From NCBI GenBank assembly GCA_028288625.1, contig JAQBNI010000049.1, positions 771 to 64,770 of the forward strand: a stretch of 64,000 nucleotides of DNA, in the 5' to 3' direction. The notes under the pieces are model-generated. The model saw only the letters and a list, made by a program, of their open reading frames with translations, searched no databases and was not told the DNA's origin. Positions within the stretch are counted from its first letter, which is position 1. Every line of letters begins with the position of its first letter. A program made the position numbers and the translations under genes. This DNA is from Bacteroidota bacterium (GTDB lineage: Bacteria > Bacteroidota > Bacteroidia > Chitinophagales > JADIYW01). Shown piece after piece: positions 48,799 through 56,653 of the stretch.

Positions 48799-49995
48799 TT
48801 ATTTTCCGGGTCCTCCGGGTCTTGCTCCGCCATAGTTAGCGGGGTTTGGTGCTCTTTGCTGCGGTTGCGGCGCAGGTGCCCTGTTTACCGGTGCAGGTGA
48901 CGGTGACGGTGACGGTCGTGACCCACCATAATTAGAGGGCGCCGGTTCCCGTTGCGGTGCGGGTTCCCTGATCACAGGCGTCTGTTCAGTTCTCTTCACA
49001 GGCGCCGGTTGTCTTGTAACTGGTGCCGGTTGTGAGATCACCGGGGCAGGTCTTGTTCCACCATAATTTGCAGGGTTAGGACTTTGACTCGGTTGAGTTC
49101 TGGTTCCGCTGTTTCCATTTGTATTTGTTCCGCCGGGTGTTGCCCCGCCATAATTCCTTGGGTTAGGAGAAGATTTTGGCTGAGTTCTTGTGCCAGGATT
49201 TGTATTTGTATTTGTTCCGCCCGGTTTTGTTCCACCGTAATTTGCGGGATTAGGAGAAGTTTTTGGGGGAGTCTTAATTGCACTCGCCGGTTTTACGCCA
49301 CCATAATTTGCAGGGTTTGGTTTTGCATCACCGGTTTTGTCAACACGCGGACGATAGATATTCCATTTACCATTACTCATCAGTTGACCCGGTTTATCAC
49401 GTTCATAAATTGTAACCGGTGTAAAATTTCTGCCTGTTACGTGGCGAACTTCAACAACATTCGGTCCATTGTATCGCGTCGAATTTCTATAGATCGTCTG
49501 GTTGTTTGTAGCATAATAACGGTACATGTCTTGTCTTCCGAAATAAGTATTTCTTACAAACCTGCAGCGGTAATAATCATCGATGTCAGATCTTACACCC
49601 ATCGGTTCCCAACCATAATAACCGGGAGAGTTTCTCCAGGTCACCCATGCCGGTCCCCATTCTGTATCAGGGATCCAGAACCATCCGTATAATGGATCAT
49701 AATCCCATCGGCCATAGTGAAATGGCGCCCAACCCCATACATAATTGGAGTACCATGACCATCCTGCATCTGTATACACCCAATTACCATTTGTTCCGTA
49801 AGGAAAAAAATTCGGTCCAGCATCAGGTATCCATACGTATCCGTAATCCGGGTATGTAATCCACTGTCCGTATGGACCGAGCTGATCATAAAATACCTGC
49901 ATGCTTACAGATTGTGCTGAAGCTTTTTGCGGCAATAGCCATGACGATGCAGTTAATGCAATCACAAGGCTTATCATTTTAATATATGTTCTCAT
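48799..49995 (-). CDS. secreted protein: Trp/Tyr-rich YxWGxW-type N-terminal domain plus Pro-rich tail with six NPANYGG-type motifs
   Basis: Signal peptide. The N-terminal ~215 aa are rich in W/Y/G (YVWGWAPFHYGRW, GWFWIPDTEWGPAWVTW). The tail has NPANYGG x4, NPRNYGG and PSNYGG. Confidence 0.6.
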   Translation of the reverse strand: MRTYIKMISLVIALTASSWLLPQKASAQSVSMQVFYDQLGPYGQWITYPDYGYVWIPDAGPNFFPYGTNGNWVYTDAGWSWYSNYVWGWAPFHYGRWDYDPLYGWFWIPDTEWGPAWVTWRNSPGYYGWEPMGVRSDIDDYYRCRFVRNTYFGRQDMYRYYATNNQTIYRNSTRYNGPNVVEVRHVTGRNFTPVTIYERDKPGQLMSNGKWNIYRPRVDKTGDAKPNPANYGGVKPASAIKTPPKTSPNPANYGGTKPGGTNTNTNPGTRTQPKSSPNPRNYGGATPGGTNTNGNSGTRTQPSQSPNPANYGGTRPAPVISQPAPVTRQPAPVKRTEQTPVIREPAPQREPAPSNYGGSRPSPSPSPAPVNRAPAPQPQQRAPNPANYGGARPGGPGK

Positions 49996-50005
49996 TGCTG
50001 TTTTT

Positions 50006-50479
50006 TTATTTTGATGAATGTTCCCTCGTGGGAATAATAAATAGCGGGATGTCTGAATCTTTTAAAACTTTTTCCGCTACACTTCCGATTAAAATCTTTT
50101 CGAGTCCGCGCCGGCTGTGTGAACCCATTACAATAATATCTGCATGTACTTCTTTTGCAGTTTCTAAAATTGATGATGCAAAATCACCTTCCTTTACTAT
50201 AGTATCAATGGTTTCCTCTTTGAGATGCTGTTTCGTTTTATCCAGGAAACTCTGTGCAGCAGCTGTTATTTTACTGTTGTCCGTTACCTGCATAATATCT
50301 GAAGGATTTAAACCTGTATAACCCATAATAGGAGAGTACATGGAAGAATAATAAGTAGCGTCAACAATTACGTGTAACAAAACTGCTTCGGCTTTCATCG
50401 CTTTGGCGAGCTTCAATCCGGTTTCCGCGATCTTTTGAGCGCTGGGATTATAATCTAGTGCGATAAGTATTTTTTTCAT
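50006..50479 (-). CDS. universal stress protein (UspA family)
   Basis: MKKILIALD, VIVMGSHSRRGLEKILIGSVAEKV (ATP-binding G-2x-G-9x-GS). Confidence 0.85.
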   Translation of the reverse strand: MKKILIALDYNPSAQKIAETGLKLAKAMKAEAVLLHVIVDATYYSSMYSPIMGYTGLNPSDIMQVTDNSKITAAAQSFLDKTKQHLKEETIDTIVKEGDFASSILETAKEVHADIIVMGSHSRRGLEKILIGSVAEKVLKDSDIPLFIIPTREHSSK

Positions 50480-50576
50480 AAGATGAAATTAATAAAACCG
50501 TTTTTTTGAAAATCCGGTAATACAAAATTGTCATAATAGTGACTATGCAAATTTGATACCGTTTAAAAGGATAAGT

Positions 50577-50613
50577 GTTATATAACTCATAAAAAGAGTT
50601 ACATGATTCACAC
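50577..50613 (-). promoter_or_regulatory. stress-island motif M3 (GTGTGAATCA-TGTAAC-N13-TATATAAC)
   Basis: 98 nt upstream of the USP start. Heads the USP / NPANYGG x2 / YihY / PepSY gene string. Confidence 0.55.
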
Positions 50614-50694
50614 TAACCATATAAAAGAATGTTAAATAGAAGGAGTTACGACTATAATAAAAAGGTTTTAGTAATTACAGCGGAACAGTGATAA

Positions 50695-51615
50695 TTATTC
50701 TACAGTCTTTTCCGGTTCGATCTCTACTTTAACGGCTTCAATTTCTACCGCATATTCATTTGGAATAATTTTTTCTCCGTGTGCATGTGCATACACCTTT
50801 GTAAGTTCTGCACCGAAATAAAGAATATTCGCAGAGTAATATACCCATACTAAGATCACGATGAGAGAACCGGCAGCACCGTATACAGAAGCCAGGGAGG
50901 AATGACCAATGTATGCGCTTATCGCAAATTTACCAAGCATAAAAAGAAGAGAAGTGACCGAAGAGCCAATGATCGCATCCTTCCAGGAAATTTTCCCATC
51001 GGGAAGCGTTTTAAAAATCAATGTAAATAATAGTGTGACGAGAGCAAACAAAATAATGTGATTGAGATAAAATAAATATACAGCAATATGCGGAAAATGT
51101 GCAACCAGACGATTACTGATCAGGTCGAATAAAGTATTGACCATTAAACTCACCAGCAATAAAAAACCGAGACAGCCCACCATGGAAAACGACAGGATCC
51201 TGTTCTCTATGAATTTGAGAAACCTTCTTTTTGGTTTTGCATCCAGTCGCCATATAAAATTTATAGAGCTCTGCATCTCTGAGAAAACCCCGGTGGCTCC
51301 AATCAACAGCATAACTACTCCAAGCAGATTTGCAAAGAAGTTACTGTGAGACAGCGTTACATTTTTCAATGTATTTTGTATTTGGAGGGCGGCATCATTG
51401 CCCACGAATTTATTGATCTGTCCAAAAATTTCACCGCGAATGGCATCGGCACCGAAAAATATTCCGCATGTGGAAATGATCACGATCAGCAGTGGCGGCA
51501 AGGAAAAGATCGTATAATAGGAGAGGGAAGCGCTTAATTTTATTCCATTATCGTCAATGTATTCACTTATGGTTTCAGATAGAATTGACCAAATATTTTT
51601 CATCAATATTTTCAT
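50695..51615 (-). CDS. YihY/BrkB family membrane protein, paralog
   Basis: Collinear with 47281-48210 along the whole length (LSASLSYYTIFSLPPLL, ASVYGAAGSLIVILVWVYYSANILYFGAELT). Confidence 0.85.
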   Translation of the reverse strand: MKILMKNIWSILSETISEYIDDNGIKLSASLSYYTIFSLPPLLIVIISTCGIFFGADAIRGEIFGQINKFVGNDAALQIQNTLKNVTLSHSNFFANLLGVVMLLIGATGVFSEMQSSINFIWRLDAKPKRRFLKFIENRILSFSMVGCLGFLLLVSLMVNTLFDLISNRLVAHFPHIAVYLFYLNHIILFALVTLLFTLIFKTLPDGKISWKDAIIGSSVTSLLFMLGKFAISAYIGHSSLASVYGAAGSLIVILVWVYYSANILYFGAELTKVYAHAHGEKIIPNEYAVEIEAVKVEIEPEKTVE

Positions 51616-51684
51616 AAGAAATGCATTTCTGACTCAAAGGTAAGTTCCAAAGATAAGAAGTTATGGAGTATTATAAGTAAGTAA

Positions 51685-51909
51685 CTATCCTGCTGTCCTG
51701 TTATTTTTTGTACCTGCGACGGGCACTTGTAATTTATGGATATGCTTATGGGTTTTCTCGATTTCCGGTAGCGGTTCTTCCTCTTCCATAATTCTTTCCC
51801 TTTCCCGTTTTGTACTTTGTTTCTTTTTCGGCGGAAGTTCAGGGATAATTTTTTCTTCCTTATTTATTACAGGCTTTACTGTTTGTTTTTTTGTGATATC
51901 CGTTTTCAT
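51685..51909 (-). CDS. small basic hypothetical protein (74 aa)
   Basis: Lys/Glu/Pro-rich ORF between topoisomerase IB and YihY. Confidence 0.4.
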   Translation of the reverse strand: MKTDITKKQTVKPVINKEEKIIPELPPKKKQSTKRERERIMEEEEPLPEIEKTHKHIHKLQVPVAGTKNNRTAG

Positions 51910-52011
51910 TTTATTGTTTTTGAAGTGAACAATTAAAAAGCGACCTTATTATAAAACTCCATAGGTAAATAAATGTTCTTTGTCTTTCATTCAACATTCA
52001 TCATTTATTCT

Positions 52012-53091
52012 TCAGTTTGTTTCAAGAATCTTTAACAGCAATTCCTCTTCAGGAGACAATCCCGCTATTCCCGCTTCTGACTCGTTTAATTGTTCCAGGT
52101 ATTTACCAAGTTTTTTTTCTTCATATAATTTCACCACGATGGGATGGACATAATATTTTTTACAAACCGTTCTTGTATTGCCCAGCTGTTTGGCGACCAT
52201 ATCATATACAGCAACGATTTTCCGGTTCTTTTCCGTTTCTGATTCAAAATTTTCAACTTCTTTAAAACCTAAAATTGCCTGTACAGTGCCAGCCCATGTA
52301 CGGAAATCTTTTGCAGTAAAATCGCCGCTTGAAATAGTACGAATATATTCATTCACCATACCGGATTCCACATTATGCACGGCTCCGTTTTCATCGAGGT
52401 AGGTAAATAATTCTTTACCGGGAATTTCTTTGCATCCTTTTACAATGTTTGCCAGGCGCCGGCTTCTAAGGTCGATCTGGTGTTGCACTCCTTTTTTACC
52501 TTTAAAGGTGAAGACGATCTTCGTTCCATTTACTTGTACGTGGCGGTTCTTCATTGTCGAAAGTCCAAAAGAACCGTAAAGCTTTTCATAAAAAGAATTT
52601 CCTATCCTGATCTTGGTTCGTTCCAGTAAACTCACTACAGCGGCTAAAACTTTTTCGCGGGGAAAGCCGGAAAGCGATAAATGTTTTTCCAACTGCTTAC
52701 GCATCACCGGCAACTGTTTTCCGAATTCGAGCAGCCTGTAAAATTTAGTGTGGTTTCGTACCGTATTCCATGACGGATGATAACGGTATTGTTTTCTTCC
52801 CAGCTTATCAGTTCCCGTTACCTGAAGGTGACCATTCTCTAATTTGCATATCCATACATTTTCCCAGGCAGGCGGAATCACCAGTTTTTTTATACGCGCC
52901 AGCTGATCTTTATCAGTTAATTTCTGATCTCCCTCCATATAATAAAAAGATGCTCCATCACGTAGTCGCACAAAACCTTCGTCCTGATCGCTGACATATA
53001 CGAGGTTAACTGCCTTTGCAGATTTTGCAGGATCTTTAATTCCTGCACGGAGTGTGCGCTTATTTACACTGATCTCACCTTCCAGAACCAT
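52012..53091 (-). CDS. DNA topoisomerase IB (poxvirus-type bacterial TopIB)
   Basis: IPPAWENVWI, GHLQVTGTDKLGRKQYRYH, and C-terminal catalytic region (TVCKKYYVHP). Confidence 0.85.
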   Translation of the reverse strand: MVLEGEISVNKRTLRAGIKDPAKSAKAVNLVYVSDQDEGFVRLRDGASFYYMEGDQKLTDKDQLARIKKLVIPPAWENVWICKLENGHLQVTGTDKLGRKQYRYHPSWNTVRNHTKFYRLLEFGKQLPVMRKQLEKHLSLSGFPREKVLAAVVSLLERTKIRIGNSFYEKLYGSFGLSTMKNRHVQVNGTKIVFTFKGKKGVQHQIDLRSRRLANIVKGCKEIPGKELFTYLDENGAVHNVESGMVNEYIRTISSGDFTAKDFRTWAGTVQAILGFKEVENFESETEKNRKIVAVYDMVAKQLGNTRTVCKKYYVHPIVVKLYEEKKLGKYLEQLNESEAGIAGLSPEEELLLKILETN

Positions 53092-53133
53092 CTCATAATT
53101 TATTCAAAGATCTGTTGAATAATATCATCTCTT

Positions 53134-53170
53134 GTTATACGACTCTATTAAAGAATTATATCATTTACAC
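53134..53170 (-). promoter_or_regulatory. stress-island motif M2 (GTGTAAATGA-TATAAT-N13-CGTATAAC)
   Basis: 43 nt upstream of the topoisomerase IB start. Confidence 0.55.
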
Positions 53171-53354
53171 TTAATTTTCACTACCCGGAAAAGAGGATGT
53201 ACATATTTATTAAACATACTGTGAACTAAATCCTATTCCTGGTGTTTCTATTATATTCCCCCTAAAAACTACAGTTTCACAAAATATTGTGGCGGTTTAT
53301 TACGAATTGTTCTATATTTAAGTGATTAAGTCATCCTCCAACTCGACTAAATAC

Positions 53355-53372
53355 GTTCATAACATTATGAAC
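53355..53372. promoter_or_regulatory. perfect 8+2+8 palindrome GTTCATAA-CA-TTATGAAC upstream of kinase 1
   Basis: Read directly. 57 nt upstream of the 53429 start. Confidence 0.4.
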
Positions 53373-53428
53373 AGCCGTAAATAATAAAACATCGTTGTTT
53401 TATTTTTCTAAACAATAATTAATTCTTC

Positions 53429-55228
53429 ATGAGGATGAGACATACTATTCATGAAAGTATAACGGGTATTCAAAAAAAGATGATCACTTCCGGTGAATCA
53501 GCGGCGATCTTTGAAAGGATCTCTGATGGATTTTTGATGTTGGATAAAAAATTCCGTTATACATACGCGAACAGGCAGGTAGCAAGAATGACCGGGCGCG
53601 ACGTGGAATCTCTCATTGGAAAATGCTTATGGGAAGTATTTCCCGATATCCAGGATACTTCAACTTTCAAAGCTATTCAAAAGGCTATGAAGGAAAATCG
53701 TTACGTCACAAATACTGAATATTATGCGCCTTTGAAGATCTGGCAGGAAAATCATATTTATCCAACTTCCAGTGGGCTGTCTATACTTATCCGCGATTTA
53801 ACTGCAACCCGTAAGGCACGACAGGAAATAAACGATTCGGAAAAAAAACATAAAGATCTTTTTGATCACAACCCATTGCCGTTGTGGATATATGACCTGG
53901 ATACTTGCCGGTTCCTCGAAGTAAACCATGCTGCTATAAAGCATTACGGATATTCACGAAAGGAGTTTTTAAATATGACTTTGTATGACATCAGGTCCAG
54001 GAACAATTCGAATAAGCTTAAGGAGTATTTTAAAGGGGATTACTATCACGAGACAAAAGTATGGGAACATATAAAAAAGAACGGGGAAACAATTTTTGTT
54101 GAAATTCATTCACACCCTATAAAATATAATGACCATAGCGCAAGGCTCGTTTCTATAAACGATATCACTTTCAAGAAAAAATTTGAAGACGCGCTGCAAA
54201 CAAGTGAACAGCGGTACAGACGAATTGTAGAAACTGCGCAGGAAGGTATATGGACAATAGATGAAAATAACCAAACGAATTTCGTCAATAAAAAAATATG
54301 CGAGATGCTTGAATATCCTTCGGATCAAATTATGGGAGAGAGCTTTCATAATTTTATGGATGCACAAGGCAAACGAATTGCTTCTGCTTTTTTAGTCAAA
54401 GGGAAAAAAGAACAGAATTACAGGTTCGATTTCCGGTTTATATCAAAAAAAGGAAATGTGATATGGACCTCTATTGCAACGAATCCTATTATTGACGACA
54501 AAGGCAAATACAAGGGCAGTCTGGCAATGATCACAGATATTACGGAAAGAAAAAAAGTAGAATTGGAATTACTCCAGCTGAATGATCAGCTTCATCATCT
54601 CAATTCACATTTGCAAACCATCCGCGAAGAAGAGCGGACTAATATTGCCCGTGAAATTCATGATGAACTCGGTCAGCAGTTAACAGGAATAAAAATTCAG
54701 ATCGGTCGGTTAAAAAAAGCAAAATCAGATCAGCCTGAAATTATAGAAAAATCAAATCATATGATCGGTATGGTGGATAATGCAATACGTACCGTTAGAA
54801 AAATAGTAACTGAATTACGACCGGGCATATTGGATGACCTGGGACTTGAAGCAGCCATTGAATGGCAGGCAAAAGAATTTACGGAACGGTTCGGGATCAC
54901 GTGTGTAGTAAAAGCAAATCTTACGCACGAAAATTTTTCTAAAGAAATTAAAACAGCTGTGTTCAGGATATTCCAGGAATCTTTAACGAATGTGGCGCGG
55001 CATGCCAATGCGACGCACGTAGATGTCTGGCTTTATGAAAGTAAAAAGAACCTGTTACTTGAAGTAACGGATAATGGGAGAGGAATAACTCAGGAACAAA
55101 TAAATAACAGTGTTTCATTCGGTATACTCGGGATGAAAGAAAGAGCTGCAATATTGAAAGGTGATTTTTTTATTGAGGAATGTCCGGAAGGCGGAACTTG
55201 TGTAATCTTAAAAATACCTTTGCCATGA
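53429..55228 (+). CDS. multi-PAS sensor histidine kinase (HisKA_3 / HATPase_c, NarL-partner type)
   Basis: Three PAS-like blocks, H-box EEERTNIAREIHDELGQQLTG, N and G boxes (ESLTNVARHA, DNGRGI, GILGMKERA). Confidence 0.88.
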   Translation: MRMRHTIHESITGIQKKMITSGESAAIFERISDGFLMLDKKFRYTYANRQVARMTGRDVESLIGKCLWEVFPDIQDTSTFKAIQKAMKENRYVTNTEYYAPLKIWQENHIYPTSSGLSILIRDLTATRKARQEINDSEKKHKDLFDHNPLPLWIYDLDTCRFLEVNHAAIKHYGYSRKEFLNMTLYDIRSRNNSNKLKEYFKGDYYHETKVWEHIKKNGETIFVEIHSHPIKYNDHSARLVSINDITFKKKFEDALQTSEQRYRRIVETAQEGIWTIDENNQTNFVNKKICEMLEYPSDQIMGESFHNFMDAQGKRIASAFLVKGKKEQNYRFDFRFISKKGNVIWTSIATNPIIDDKGKYKGSLAMITDITERKKVELELLQLNDQLHHLNSHLQTIREEERTNIAREIHDELGQQLTGIKIQIGRLKKAKSDQPEIIEKSNHMIGMVDNAIRTVRKIVTELRPGILDDLGLEAAIEWQAKEFTERFGITCVVKANLTHENFSKEIKTAVFRIFQESLTNVARHANATHVDVWLYESKKNLLLEVTDNGRGITQEQINNSVSFGILGMKERAAILKGDFFIEECPEGGTCVILKIPLP

Positions 55229-55854
55229 TGAAGATTTTAATTGCAGACGACCATGCTGTTGTACGAAAAGGATTAGCCGGTGTGTTAAACGAAGCATTGC
55301 TGGAAGCAGAAATTTATGAAGCTATAGATGGCATAGACGCCATTGAAAAGATCCGTAATGATTTCTGGGATCTTATCCTGCTTGATATTTCTATGCCGGG
55401 AAGAAACGGGATAGAAACTTTAAAGCAATTGCGTGCAGAAGGAATTAAAACGCCTATTTTAATATTGAGTATGCATCCGGAAAATCAATATGCCATTCGT
55501 GTTTTAAAAGCAGGGGCATCAGGGTTTCTGAATAAAGACAGTGCAACGGAAGAACTGATCACTGCAGTACACAAAGTATTGTCAGGAAGAAAATATGTAT
55601 CGGCATCTATCGCGGAAAAATTAGCGGAGTGCATGGACGACAGCGGAGGCAAGGCTTCACATGAGTTGTTGTCTGACAGGGAAATGCAGGTACTGCAATT
55701 AATTGCCTCCGGTAAAACTATATCGGATATCGCTTCTGAAATTTCGCTAAGCGTAAATACAATAAGTACCTATCGCACGCGTATTCTCGAAAAACTTGCG
55801 CTTCACAATAGCGCAGAGCTTACAAGGTATGCCATGGATAACGGTTTAGTATGA
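55225..55854 (+). CDS. NarL/LuxR-family response regulator (REC + GerE HTH)
   Basis: MMKILIADDH..LLDISMPGRNG..K receiver plus LSDREMQVLQLIASGKTISDIASEISLSVNTISTYRTRI HTH. ATGA overlap with the kinase stop. Confidence 0.9.
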   Translation: MMKILIADDHAVVRKGLAGVLNEALLEAEIYEAIDGIDAIEKIRNDFWDLILLDISMPGRNGIETLKQLRAEGIKTPILILSMHPENQYAIRVLKAGASGFLNKDSATEELITAVHKVLSGRKYVSASIAEKLAECMDDSGGKASHELLSDREMQVLQLIASGKTISDIASEISLSVNTISTYRTRILEKLALHNSAELTRYAMDNGLV

Positions 55855-55858
55855 GGCT

Positions 55859-55878
55859 TTGTAGTTGTGTTACTACAA
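55859..55878. promoter_or_regulatory. palindromic operator copy 1 (TTGTAGT-N6-ACTACAA)
   Basis: Starts 5 nt after the regulator stop. The only copy with a 6-nt spacer. Confidence 0.55.
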
Positions 55879-55943
55879 GAGACCATCATATTCATTACAA
55901 AACTTTCACACTTCCAACTATTTTATTTGCTTTATCCCTGGTC

Positions 55944-55951
55944 TATCTTTG
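55944..55951 (+). promoter_or_regulatory. Bacteroidota -7 promoter box TATCTTTG
   Basis: Matches TAnnTTTG. The identical octamer and flanks (TATCTTTGCAAT) recur at 56367. Confidence 0.45.
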
Positions 55952-55954
55952 CAA

Positions 55955-56050
55955 TAGAAATTCCGGAAGATAAAATTGCTGGAAACATAAATCCCCTTCT
56001 TGATTACCCCAACAAAAACAGCGCTGTCTCACAGCGCTGTTTTATTTTTT
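55955..56050 (+). ncRNA. candidate small RNA (about 95 nt) between promoter box and terminator
   Basis: No ATG in the interval. Upstream operator plus -7 box, downstream strong terminator. The 5' end is inferred, not observed. Confidence 0.3.
56018..56050 (+). terminator. intrinsic terminator
   Basis: ACAGCGCTGT-CTC-ACAGCGCTGT 10-bp stem followed by TTTATTTTTT. Confidence 0.85.
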
Positions 56051-56281
56051 AGTCGTCCGACTTATTAGATCTCAATCAAGTTGCTGATGAATGTAATTTG
56101 GCGGGATGGGCGGCTTTTTTGCCGCCATCTCGCCTTGAATCTGCTCATCCTGAACTTGATTTAGGATCTAAAATCTATATTTATGAAAAGTGATTCTGCA
56201 GTCGTGCGACCGCTAAGTAAGATAAGCGCAGGAAGCGATCAGTACGACTTAAGTGAGAGTATTGAATTGCTTCGTAGATCA

Positions 56282-56301
56282 TTGTAGTGGTTCATACTAC
56301 A
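56282..56301. promoter_or_regulatory. palindromic operator copy 2 (TTGTAGT-N7-ACTACA)
   Basis: 113 nt upstream of the 49-codon ORF. Confidence 0.55.
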
Positions 56302-56366
56302 CATGCTTGTTATTAAACTACATTTCTTTCACATTTTCTACTATTTTTTACGGGCATTTAGCACTT

Positions 56367-56374
56367 TATCTTTG
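56367..56374 (+). promoter_or_regulatory. Bacteroidota -7 promoter box TATCTTTG
   Basis: TAnnTTTG match 41 nt upstream of the ATG at 56415. Confidence 0.45.
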
Positions 56375-56414
56375 CAATGCAATTAAATACTAAACATCAT
56401 TAAAAACAACTGAC

Positions 56415-56564
56415 ATGACCAAGTTAAGAAAAATCATCAGAGACATTGTTCGACAGCAATTCGAGTTACAGCAACTGCAACCGCAAATGATACCGGTTAA
56501 ACGCAACGGTGAAAAATTAAACACACCCGTCAATTCCCGAAAGACATTTCCAAAAAACTTCTAG
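56415..56564 (+). CDS. candidate small basic protein, 49 aa (MTKLRKIIRDIVRQQFELQQLQPQMIPVKRNGEKLNTPVNSRKTFPKNF)
   Basis: Below the ORF-track cutoff. Has its own operator, -7 box and two downstream terminators. Confidence 0.4.
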   Translation: MTKLRKIIRDIVRQQFELQQLQPQMIPVKRNGEKLNTPVNSRKTFPKNF

Positions 56565-56606
56565 AAAAATACCCCCACTACCCTTCACAGGAACATGATC
56601 ATCCTT

Positions 56607-56653
56607 AAGTAAGGGAACATGAAAACCCATCAAACTCCTTACTTATTTTTTTT
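56607..56653 (+). terminator. possible first terminator (AAGTAAGG / CCTTACTT, 22-nt loop, T8)
   Basis: 8-bp stem with a large loop, followed by ATTTTTTTT. Confidence 0.4.

Noticed and set aside
49084-49692. 202-aa plus-strand ORF and other ORFs overlapping 48799-49995 and 48229-48762
   Set aside because: These are frames of the Pro/Gly-rich repeat genes. The Cys/Arg-rich nonsense translation is typical of shadow frames.
50645-50680. GTTACGAC-N13-TTTTAG-TAATTACAG as an extra stress-motif copy
   Set aside because: The spacing fits, but two of the three boxes are badly degenerate, and it lies just downstream of the YihY stop. Not counted.
55867-56052. 61-aa ORF in the operator copy 1 unit
   Set aside because: It starts at a non-ATG codon, runs through the conserved promoter blocks and both arms of the terminator stem, and has no coding-like features. 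The region is treated as non-coding.
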